This document shows positions 56,599-64,000 of a stretch of DNA of 64,000 nucleotides, piece after piece. The notes below the pieces were generated by a model. It was given only the letters and a program-made list of their open reading frames with translations. It made no database searches and was not told the origin of the DNA. Source of the DNA: a virus. Position 1 is the first letter of the stretch. Each line of letters opens with the position of its first letter. The stretch spans positions 41,614 to 105,613 of the IMG/VR virus record IMGVR_UViG_3300025669_000020. The stretch is one strand, 5' to 3'. The translations under genes and the position numbers were made by a program.

Positions 56599-57276
56599 AT
56601 GCCTTATCTCTGCATGGTCCGCGCCGATATCCCTGACGGTACGCTTCAGGTTCTCGACCTCGATCCCAACACTTCCCAGCGGTCCCTGATCTATGATCCC
56701 CCTGGGCAGACCAAGTACGTCAACCGCACCCAGAACGACACCGTGGCTACCACGAACGTCGGTGGTGTCATCACCACGAACGCCGTCTACACTGGCGTCA
56801 CTGCCTACCTGATCGACAACTGTGAGTCCGCTGGTCTGGCTGCTGGTACAGGTGCCCTGACGGCTGCCTTCGCCAACACCATTGGCCTCGCCCTCATCGC
56901 TCGCATGGACGCTGGCAACACCCTGACCCTGGCTGCCGTGAATGCTGTCATTCAGGCCACCGCCGTCAACACCGAGCTGACCCCCGCTGGTGGTTCCCTC
57001 TCCACGGGCAGCATCACGGAGCTTCTCCAGATCATGGCTGGAGACACCTACACCGTCACCGCTGGTACCTCGGTGGAGGCTGCTGGTTCAGCCAACCTGG
57101 GCAACGGTGCCTTCGGCACCACCACCTACCGCTCCACCTACGACACTGGCGCTCTGAAGATCTCCTTCTCCGAGGGTGCCGTGTCCGAGATGATCGCCGC
57201 TACCTTCACCTACCTGGGCACCGCTGGTGCCGCCCTCGTCGCGTACTCCGACGCGGGTGCCATCTACACCGTCTAG
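56599..57276 (+). CDS. Probable abundant virion structural protein
   Basis: Ala/Thr/Gly-rich; strongly biased codons like MCP; GGAGG RBS. Confidence 0.6.
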   Translation: MPYLCMVRADIPDGTLQVLDLDPNTSQRSLIYDPPGQTKYVNRTQNDTVATTNVGGVITTNAVYTGVTAYLIDNCESAGLAAGTGALTAAFANTIGLALIARMDAGNTLTLAAVNAVIQATAVNTELTPAGGSLSTGSITELLQIMAGDTYTVTAGTSVEAAGSANLGNGAFGTTTYRSTYDTGALKISFSEGAVSEMIAATFTYLGTAGAALVAYSDAGAIYTV

Positions 57277-57349
57277 TAGACCCCCTCCAGGTTCCTGGTA
57301 GGGGCCACACGGTCCCTGCCAGGATGCCTTGGCTCTATATGGAGTTGAT

Positions 57350-57604
57350 ATGAACAGAAGCAAAACCACACCCGTGACAGGTGACTACCGCACTTCCGAT
57401 CTCTACTACGCGGCCTATCTGCGGGTGGCGGGAGTGCCTTTCCAGGAATCTCAGAGGGAAGGCAAACGTGTCTTCTTTGTCTTCGAGAACTCGGAAAGCA
57501 TCCGTGATTTGAAGAATCAGTACTTCAACAGAACCGCAAAGGTGCCTGCCATGACCTATGCGGACGAAATCAAAGCCATGAAGGCTCTGACACACATGCT
57601 GTAG
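57350..57604 (+). CDS. DUF5659-like small protein
   Basis: TSDLYYAAYL...RVFFVF motif. Confidence 0.55.
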   Translation: MNRSKTTPVTGDYRTSDLYYAAYLRVAGVPFQESQREGKRVFFVFENSESIRDLKNQYFNRTAKVPAMTYADEIKAMKALTHML

Positions 57605-57629
57605 TTGCAGAAGTCCCAGGAGTGCCCCG

Positions 57630-57977
57630 ATGATGTACCCTCTCTACCTCCTGGCAGCTTTTGGACTCTGTTTTGGGTTCATGAACAAGGCCACACCCCT
57701 GTACGGGAAGATCGACTTCTTCGACAGGATGTGGGAGTGCTCCTACTGCACAGGCTTCCACTGCGGGTGGTTGATGTGGGTTCTCGCCTTCATACTGGAA
57801 GGCAAGCCACCTATGGGAGACTTCGGAAGTGCCCTGGGTGTTGTCCAGGTCGTAGGCTCCATCCCCCTGTGGGCGTTCGCCTCTTCGGCGTTCTGCTACA
57901 CGCTGGATATCACGACGAAACTCATGGAGTCCCACATACAGGTTCCCAACTATGATGAGGAGGAGGACTCCGAATGA
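57630..57977 (+). CDS. Small membrane protein (DUF1360-like, holin candidate)
   Basis: Hydrophobic helices with CSYCTGFHCGW. Confidence 0.5.
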   Translation: MMYPLYLLAAFGLCFGFMNKATPLYGKIDFFDRMWECSYCTGFHCGWLMWVLAFILEGKPPMGDFGSALGVVQVVGSIPLWAFASSAFCYTLDITTKLMESHIQVPNYDEEEDSE

Positions 57978-58207
57978 ACCCCAAGCTTCTCGAAAGTCAG
58001 GAGGATGGCGTCTTCGCCAACACTTTCCGCATCCAGCGGGACATCAACGGTGATTATCTGTTGGACTTCTGCAGGCTCTCAGCAGAGAAGGACTGTGCAA
58101 AGGTCGTGGCCAGGATTCGTATTCGGGGAAAGCTCCTGGTGGACATCCTGCAGCGCATCATTGCGATAGCCCGTGAAACCCTCCTACCCCAGGAGGAGGA
58201 GAACTGA
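57974..58207 (+). CDS. Small protein, paralog of 51383..51664
   Basis: FANTFRI...LLDFC...AKVVARIRI. Confidence 0.6.
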   Translation: MNPKLLESQEDGVFANTFRIQRDINGDYLLDFCRLSAEKDCAKVVARIRIRGKLLVDILQRIIAIARETLLPQEEEN

Positions 58208-58210
58208 ATC

Positions 58211-58384
58211 ATGTGTAATTGTCGTGGTGCTAATCGTGCACGGACATCGCCCGCTACCCAGAAGCCACGTAAGGCCCGCAGTGGCCCCGTGAGCACAAAG
58301 CCCAGCCCTACGCGGGTGGCAAGCCGGGCTACATCCAAGATGCCTACACCGACCCGCAAGAGCCCCAGGCGGAAGCTACGATAG
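58211..58384 (+). CDS. 57-aa basic micro-protein (MCNCRG...), not in ORF track
   Basis: GGAGGAG RBS; R/K/S/T/P-rich; contains RVASR. Confidence 0.5.
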   Translation: MCNCRGANRARTSPATQKPRKARSGPVSTKPSPTRVASRATSKMPTPTRKSPRRKLR

Positions 58385-58410
58385 CCTGCCTATGAGCCCA
58401 GGGTAGGTAG
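58379..58410 (+). promoter_or_regulatory. Putative phage late promoter motif
   Basis: CGAT-agcctgc-CTAT-N13-GTAG. Confidence 0.55.
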
Positions 58411-58435
58411 AGACCTCTCGTAGGAGATCAAAACC

Positions 58436-59329
58436 ATGGCCGTAGCATTCAACCCAGGCGATACCACCTCTCGTGGAGACCTGGATCTGTTTTTGACGAC
58501 CTCCGGGGGTGCCCCCGCCAATGCCTACTCCATCTCCTATGCCATCTACTATGTAGACCCAGGCACAGGAGCAGAGACGCTCATTGGCTCCGCCACCCGG
58601 ACTCCAGTGAACCCCGCTGTGGGTGAGTATTATGCGGCCCTCACTGTCCCCACCTCCGCAACAGTGGGCACATACCGCATCCGGTGGACGTTCAGGGAAA
58701 CCTCCACGTCCACAGCTCAAACGGTGGTCATGGAGTGGGCAGTGGTATCCGTCTCAGGGGAGACAGCTACGACCTACACCCTCTACCAGCAGTCCATGAT
58801 CGATAAGCTGCGGATCCTTTTAAGAGACCAGAACCCTGACAAATTTTATAGATTCAGACCACCTGAGCATGAGGGCACCATCGGGTGCTTCAACCAGGTG
58901 TTCGGCTATATCTGGGAGGATGCAGAGCTGTTGGAGTACCTGGAACGGGCCTTGGACTGGTGGAACATGTTCCCACCCGAGACCGAATCCCTCTGCACCA
59001 TCGACAAGCTCGTCAGCATGAAACCAGCATGGAGAACCGCTATCCTCTGGGGTGCCATGATCCATGCCCTCATGGCTCTGGCAATTAATTGGACATCTGA
59101 GGAATTTGACTACTCCATCGGAGGCATCTCACTCTCCATCGACAAGTCCTCCAAGTACGAATCCCTCAAGCAGAATGCCGAAGGACAATTTGATAAGGCA
59201 ACAGATGCTAAGCACCGAACCACTAAGTTTTCGCGTGGCCTCCAGCAACCGCGCTATGGTATAGGCGTCAGAAGTTCCTTCGGGCCGCATGTGGGCAAAG
59301 GTGTGCTTTCACCGCGTAATTTCAGTTGA
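58436..59329 (+). CDS. Head-tail connector/neck-like virion protein with N-terminal Ig-like domain
   Basis: VGEYYA...GTYRIRW; EFDYSIGGISLSIDKSSKY. Confidence 0.55.
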   Translation: MAVAFNPGDTTSRGDLDLFLTTSGGAPANAYSISYAIYYVDPGTGAETLIGSATRTPVNPAVGEYYAALTVPTSATVGTYRIRWTFRETSTSTAQTVVMEWAVVSVSGETATTYTLYQQSMIDKLRILLRDQNPDKFYRFRPPEHEGTIGCFNQVFGYIWEDAELLEYLERALDWWNMFPPETESLCTIDKLVSMKPAWRTAILWGAMIHALMALAINWTSEEFDYSIGGISLSIDKSSKYESLKQNAEGQFDKATDAKHRTTKFSRGLQQPRYGIGVRSSFGPHVGKGVLSPRNFS

Positions 59330-59333
59330 GGTT

Positions 59334-59363
59334 TTGCTTTTTTGGGGTGTGTTGAGATATAGT
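59334..59363 (+). promoter_or_regulatory. Sigma70-type promoter
   Basis: TTGCTT-N18-TATAGT. Confidence 0.5.
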
Positions 59364-59385
59364 GTCTCCGAGCAAGGAGATGACT

Positions 59386-60223
59386 ATGGCTATATGCCCT
59401 CCATTGTGGACGTGAATTCAAAGGTTCCCGAGTCAACGCCCGCCATCTGGCGAAATGTAATCCCTCGGCGTCACCCCCGGTGCCACCTTGTCTTTGTGGG
59501 CATGAATCCACCAGTTTGACACAGATGAAGCGTCATCGGCGTACATGTGCGGTGTGGCAGAACCGGGACAGGAACGCAGTGAAAGTGGCAAGGCAACGAG
59601 CCACAAACTTGGAACGGCATGGGGTAGAGAATGCCGCGTGGGCTCCTGAGGTGGCTGCGCGTCGCCAGGAGACGGTACGAGAGAAGTACGGGGTGGAGAA
59701 CCTGTTCCAGTCCGAGTCCATTAAGGCCAAGTCCAGGGCTACAATGCGTGAACAGCATGGGGTGGAGCACAACAGCCAGGTGCCTGCGTTTGCAGAGAAG
59801 CGTCGCCAGACCAACCTGGAACGTCGTGGTGTGGAGAACCCCTTTGCCTCTCCGGAGGTACAGGAGAAAATCCGCAGCACGATGCAAGAGCGGTATGGAA
59901 CAGTGCGTCCTCAACAGGTGCCCGAGATCAGGGCTCGTACCAAAGCTACCTGTGAAGAGCGGTACGGGGGACAGTTGCTGGCTTCACCTCAGATACGGGC
60001 AAAGGCTGAGGCCACGAATCTGGCACGGTATGGAGCTGCTTTTGCAGGTGGGACGCCTGAGGTGCAGGCCAAGATCATCCAAACGAACATGGAGCGGTAT
60101 GGGGTTCCTCATACCTGCATGGACCCGGAGATTCGTCGGAAACAGTTAGAAACGATGGAGGCGCACTACGGTTCTCATTGCCTCCACTGGGGTCCTGGCC
60201 TCACCCCTTTGGACTACCTGTAG
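59386..60223 (+). pseudogene. Zn-finger + (T.LERYGVEN)n repeat protein, homing-endonuclease-associated type; extra base near 59400; C-terminus replaced by array unit
   Basis: MAICP/HCGREF..RHLAKC across frameshift; ~9 YG/HG repeats; ends GPGLTPLDYL. Confidence 0.6.
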
Positions 60224-61221
60224 AGGGTCACACCCCAGCCCGGATCGCGTAGAGGGTTGATGCACCCCCTGAGCCCTCTGGACTACCTGCAATGATCCCT
60301 CTCCCTCCCTACATGTATGGGCAGAAATCCAAGACCCTGGATACGCTGTCGGTGTCGGTGTCAGAATCGGCGTCCGCATCGCTGTCCGTGTCGTGGTCGT
60401 TGTCGGCGTGGTCGCTGTCGGAGTCCATCTTGTGGAGAGGGCATTCTCGAACACGGCACGGTCCCCACGGCGGTCCTCCCCTGCAGCCTCTGGACTACAT
60501 CTGATGATCCCTCTCCCTCCGATTTTCTGGGATGGCCAGAGATCCGAGACTCAAAACAAAACGGAGTCGGTATTGGCGATGTGGTCGGGGTCAAGGTCGA
60601 AGTTGGTGTCATGGTCGGTGTTGTCGTCAGGGACGTTATTGGGGGGGACTGGGTCATGGTCGGGGTCGGGATCGCGATTGACAGTGGGGTCGGTGTCGCT
60701 GCTGTGGCATTCCGAGACTGGGCATGGTCCTGAAAGTGGTCCTGGCCTAAGTCCTCTGGACTACCTGCGATGATCCCTCTCCCTCCCTGCAGATATGGGC
60801 AGAAATCCAAGACCCAGGCTCAGACTGTTTCGGTGTCCGTGTTGGGGTGGTGGTCGCGGTCGGTGTCGTTGTCGCGGTCGCTGTCCGTGTCGCTGTCCGT
60901 GTCGTCGTCGTGGTCGTGGTGTTCCACCTGTGGGCATGGTCCTAAAGAAGGTCCTGGTCTCACTCCTTTGGACTACCTTCGATGATCCCTCTTCCTCCCT
61001 ACAGATATGGGCAGAAATCCATGACCCAAGACAAGAGGGTCTCGATGGCGGTGTCGTGGTCGGGGTTGAAGTGGGGATCGTTCTCGTGGTCAAGAGTGCT
61101 GTCGTTGTCGATGGCGGTGTCGTGGTCGGTGTATTCTCAAGCAGGTCATGGTCCTGAAGGGGGTCATCCCCTGAGCCCGCTGGACTACTTGGGGGGTTGT
61201 ACTCCTGCTCGGATCGCATAG
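60184..61221 (+). repeat. Tandem array of Ser-X micro-ORFs (60292-60504, 60504-60773, 60770-60985, 60982-61221) plus remnants
   Basis: Conserved junction TGGACTAC.TGATCCCTCT.CCTCC; degenerate 6-bp GTCGNN core. Confidence 0.85.
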
Positions 61222-61235
61222 TGGGGTAGAGCACC

Positions 61236-61670
61236 GTGCCGGTGCCTGGAGGTGTGCTGATGTCTTTCGAGCATGTGGAGTACAAGACCGCTCGTGCTTT
61301 TTGGGAAGCTCACAAGGTGCTGGTGGCTGAGGGGTGCTCCTTGGCGGTGCTGACCCTCCCCCTATCCAGAACCGTTGGTTTCGTGGAGCAGGAGCGCCGG
61401 AGATACCACAGCATTGGGGTGTCCAAGTACAAGGCCACGAACGGACAGTACCTCCCTGGTGGGTGGGGGTTGCTGGCGAACTCGGTGGGTCCTGGGGATG
61501 CGGGGTTGTCGGACACCCTGGGCTGTCCTGTGATGCGATCAGGGGCTTTGCACCGACAGCAGCAGGTTCTGGAGTGGGAGCCCCAGGATTTGAGGAAGTT
61601 GCGAACTCTGATTGATGAGGCGCTCAAGGATCCAGACTGCAGCATCGTCATTTCGCCTGCCGCCGAGTAG
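61236..61670 (+). CDS. Hypothetical protein
   Basis: GGAGGT RBS before internal ATG (~61260). Confidence 0.5.
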   Translation: MPVPGGVLMSFEHVEYKTARAFWEAHKVLVAEGCSLAVLTLPLSRTVGFVEQERRRYHSIGVSKYKATNGQYLPGGWGLLANSVGPGDAGLSDTLGCPVMRSGALHRQQQVLEWEPQDLRKLRTLIDEALKDPDCSIVISPAAE

Positions 61671-61681
61671 CTGCCATGCTG

Positions 61682-61712
61682 TGGTAGCTTGTCTATAGCC
61701 GGGCTCAGGTAG
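61682..61712 (+). promoter_or_regulatory. Putative phage late promoter motif
   Basis: TGGT-agcttgt-CTAT-N12-GTAG. Confidence 0.65.
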
Positions 61713-61731
61713 CAACCTACAGGAGTCCCAA

Positions 61732-62382
61732 ATGAACGCACGCCGGAACCGCAAGCCCGTTCAGGATCACCGTCGCCATCCCGCCTTCATCCGTGTCCTT
61801 GACGGGTTGGAGGATGTGGCTTCCGGGATCCGTGTTCTGAAGGTTCAGTACGAGCAAACGCCAGAGTACGATGGGGGCACCTACGTTGAGGTGTACGACT
61901 CCAACGATGATCTCCTGGATGACAGCTATGGGAAGCACAACGACCTCCGCAAGGCATTGGCAGAGGCTTTGGAGGATTTTGGAGAGGACTACAGCCATAA
62001 CGCCTCCCTCCGCAAGAGGGCCATCAAGCTGGCTCACGTCAATCCTGTGCTGCGCCCTCACCTGCTCCCTCTCTTGAAGGAAGCATACGGAAGGGATGTT
62101 GCGGGGAAGCACCTGATCTTCAGCCCCAATGACCCCCCTTTCAGCTTCCGCGAAGTCGCGCAGGATGCCCATGGGCAGGTGTATGACGCCGCGATCCTGA
62201 TGGACAAGCGTCGCACTGTCGTCCAGGCAGTTGCACAGGTTTGGCGGAAGTACCAGCGCGAGTTGGTGGGGATGAGGAAGCGCTACGAGGCTATCAAATT
62301 CATCGAGGCGAAGATCCCCGAGTTCGCCAGCCGTCCCATCAAGGGCTACATCAAGTGGCACATGTACTCGATGCCTGATTAG
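61732..62382 (+). CDS. Putative internal head protein with internal LIRLA-type tag
   Basis: SLRKRAIKLAHVNPVLRPHLLPLLKEA between two domains. Confidence 0.65.
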   Translation: MNARRNRKPVQDHRRHPAFIRVLDGLEDVASGIRVLKVQYEQTPEYDGGTYVEVYDSNDDLLDDSYGKHNDLRKALAEALEDFGEDYSHNASLRKRAIKLAHVNPVLRPHLLPLLKEAYGRDVAGKHLIFSPNDPPFSFREVAQDAHGQVYDAAILMDKRRTVVQAVAQVWRKYQRELVGMRKRYEAIKFIEAKIPEFASRPIKGYIKWHMYSMPD

Positions 62383-62681
62383 CGCCTGCGCTGATCCCTG
62401 TGTTGATCCCTGCGCTGAGTCCAGTGTCCTGACACCCAATGGCCCCTGTGGTCACGGCGTCCCTGCACCCAGGTATGCCCCGCACGCTGCTGGGTGGCTT
62501 GCCAGTGCCCAGGGATCATCCGACCCTTGTGGTCCCTGTGGCGGGGAACCCATGCCCATCCCTGCTGCTGTTGCCGCTGGTGGTGAACCTGGGGCCTTGG
62601 GGGAGGCCCGAAGTGGATGATGATGTCTGCCTGTGCGGGGGAAGAGAGCAGGGTGAGAGCAAGGGCCAGGGTAGTGAGCAT
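62379..62681 (-). CDS. Secreted YXWGXW-repeat-like protein
   Basis: Signal peptide ..PAQA/D; WVP..RD..G..IPGHW and WVQG.RD..G.WVSGHW repeats. Confidence 0.7.
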   Translation of the reverse strand: MLTTLALALTLLSSPAQADIIIHFGPPPRPQVHHQRQQQQGWAWVPRHRDHKGRMIPGHWQATQQRAGHTWVQGRRDHRGHWVSGHWTQRRDQHRDQRRR

Positions 62682-62930
62682 GATTCTTTGACCTCCGGTT
62701 ACACGTTGACGGGGTGGCCCACCTGCTCATTCAGCGTTTCCCTCGGTAGAGTGTCCCGATACGAGGAGGCCCCAACCATGTCCAACCCAGAAACCGTCCT
62801 GATCAATCATGACGGGTATCTGTTTCAAGACCCCGGCAACCTCCAGCCTTTGGAGGGTGACCTCAGTGCTGACACCAAGCTGGAAGAAAGCCTTCCTCTC
62901 TGAACTCCCCCCACGGCAAGGAGATGCCCC

Positions 62931-63143
62931 ATGGAAACCAACGCCAACCCCTGGACTGACAACAAGGATTGGGCTGAGAAGTGTGACGAGCTTCGCAAGC
63001 AGATCATCTACAAGGCTCTGAAGCATGCAGAGCATTCCACTACTGCGAATGCACCCGACAAGGCCCAGCACTACCTTGAGGTGGTGCGTATGGCTACCGA
63101 GACCCCTTCCTTCGATGCACTGCTCGCGGTGGCATCCCGGTGA
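62931..63143 (+). CDS. Hypothetical protein
   Basis: AAGGAG RBS. Confidence 0.5.
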   Translation: METNANPWTDNKDWAEKCDELRKQIIYKALKHAEHSTTANAPDKAQHYLEVVRMATETPSFDALLAVASR

Positions 63144-63559
63144 GAGAAATGACAGCCCTTGAATCCTACATAGAGCTGTTGAGGGAGATCCTTCAGTACA
63201 GGTGGTCAGTCGAGCCCGAGAAGGTGGATGTACACAGAAGGGCGCTTAGAGAGCTGGCGATGTGCCCCGTCTCCGATGCCCTGGATGCGTACATGAAAAT
63301 CGCGGTGCTGTATCTCCGGGCTATGAGGGAGAGGGAGAGGCGGGAGCCTGACATCTATGCAGGCTGCACGAGCCCTGTGTGGGAAGGGTGGAATGCAGAA
63401 GAGGACGCATGGCTCCTGCAAATGGAAGTGGCACACGAGAAACTGTCCGAGTCCGAGAAAAGATGGGCGGAGCGCCGTTTCAATGAATTCGACCACACCA
63501 GGGCGATGGACAAGGCTATGAAGTCCATACATCAGGAGAAGGTCGATGAAACTGCGTGA
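63140..63559 (+). CDS. Hypothetical protein
   Basis: Overlapping operon packing. Confidence 0.5.
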   Translation: MREMTALESYIELLREILQYRWSVEPEKVDVHRRALRELAMCPVSDALDAYMKIAVLYLRAMRERERREPDIYAGCTSPVWEGWNAEEDAWLLQMEVAHEKLSESEKRWAERRFNEFDHTRAMDKAMKSIHQEKVDETA

Positions 63560-63854
63560 CCTGTTCACGGGTGATCCCGTCAGGAATCCCGAGCTTCAGG
63601 ACCTTGTCAACCCCGAGAACCCTGAGCCCCTCCAGCCTCGCAATGAGGCTGAGGACAAGGTTCGTGCCTGCCTCCCCGGGGATGATGTGACTCAGCACCC
63701 CCTCTACCAGGAGTCCAACCCCTATCTCACGAACCCCTTCACGATGGGGACGATGGAGAAGATGCGGCAGCTCCGAGCGGGCACCTTGCAGGTGAGCCGG
63801 GAGGAAGAGCAACAAATCCGTGCAGCATGGTCAATTCTGAATGGGGCGGGGTAG
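63546..63854 (+). CDS. Hypothetical protein
   Basis: AGGAG RBS. Confidence 0.5.
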   Translation: MKLRDLFTGDPVRNPELQDLVNPENPEPLQPRNEAEDKVRACLPGDDVTQHPLYQESNPYLTNPFTMGTMEKMRQLRAGTLQVSREEEQQIRAAWSILNGAG

Positions 63855-63872
63855 GGGTTGTAGGAGGTGCTC

Positions 63873-64000
63873 ATGGAAGAGATCGTCGAATCCCGCAAGA
63901 CATCATTGGAAGACCTGGCAGAGAGGGTTCTACGGGCCTATCTGGATCGCATGGTGTCGGTCTGCAACAAGATGTGTGCTGATGACATGAAGAAGTACAT
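63873..64000 (+). CDS. Hypothetical protein, 3'-truncated by window
   Basis: AGGAGG RBS, open to window end. Confidence 0.45.
   Translation, partial: MEEIVESRKTSLEDLAERVLRAYLDRMVSVCNKMCADDMKKY

Noticed and set aside
4729-59410. Programmed ribosomal frameshifting at ~4780, ~24754, ~59400
   Set aside because: No slippery heptamer or shared context; single-base indels in or near short homopolymers fit sequencing error better
60184-61221. CRISPR array or DGR template/variable repeats
   Set aside because: Units are ~210-270 bp and coding, with no short constant repeat/unique spacer pattern; variation is not adenine-specific; no cas or reverse transcriptase gene in the window
1-64000. Stop-codon reassignment as in some large phages
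   Set aside because: Long intact ORFs in code 11, with TAG, TGA and TAA all used as stops at sensible gene ends

Overview
This window is 64 kb of a large tailed-phage (jumbo-phage-like) genome. It is fairly GC-rich, uses the standard code and is mostly + strand. Layout: (1) 1-7.8 kb is a host-like replication/transcription block (PD-(D/E)XK nuclease, beta-clamp, split Rad50/SbcC, TOPRIM primase, DnaX, NusG-like, two-HTH sigma-like). (2) 7.8-43.4 kb is the head-morphogenesis block (terminase, portal, prohead protease, scaffolds, decoration protein, major capsid protein). It is interrupted at 21-37 kb by very large multidomain effector polyproteins (zincins, GNATs, 2H phosphoesterase, intein-containing CCA-adding enzyme, Ntn hydrolase, ART-like, topoisomerase IB). 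(3) 43.5-46.9 kb holds a truncated LAGLIDADG gene and an IS607 (TnpA+TnpB). (4) 48.2-48.85 kb is a ~650-nt highly structured non-coding segment. (5) 49-64 kb has further virion and accessory genes, including a tandem array of translationally coupled Ser-X micro-ORFs. Best candidate new system: capsid cargo loading. Many unrelated proteins share short tags ([RK]VAxR[FYWH]L and LRxxLIRLAxxxPxLRPxLLPLL), are punctuated by [KR]-x-A putative prohead-protease sites (one directly before the catalytic Cys of an Ntn hydrolase), and lie behind a shared promoter-like motif CGGT-N7-CTAT-N12-GTRG. All family assignments come from motif recognition by eye; no database searches were run.
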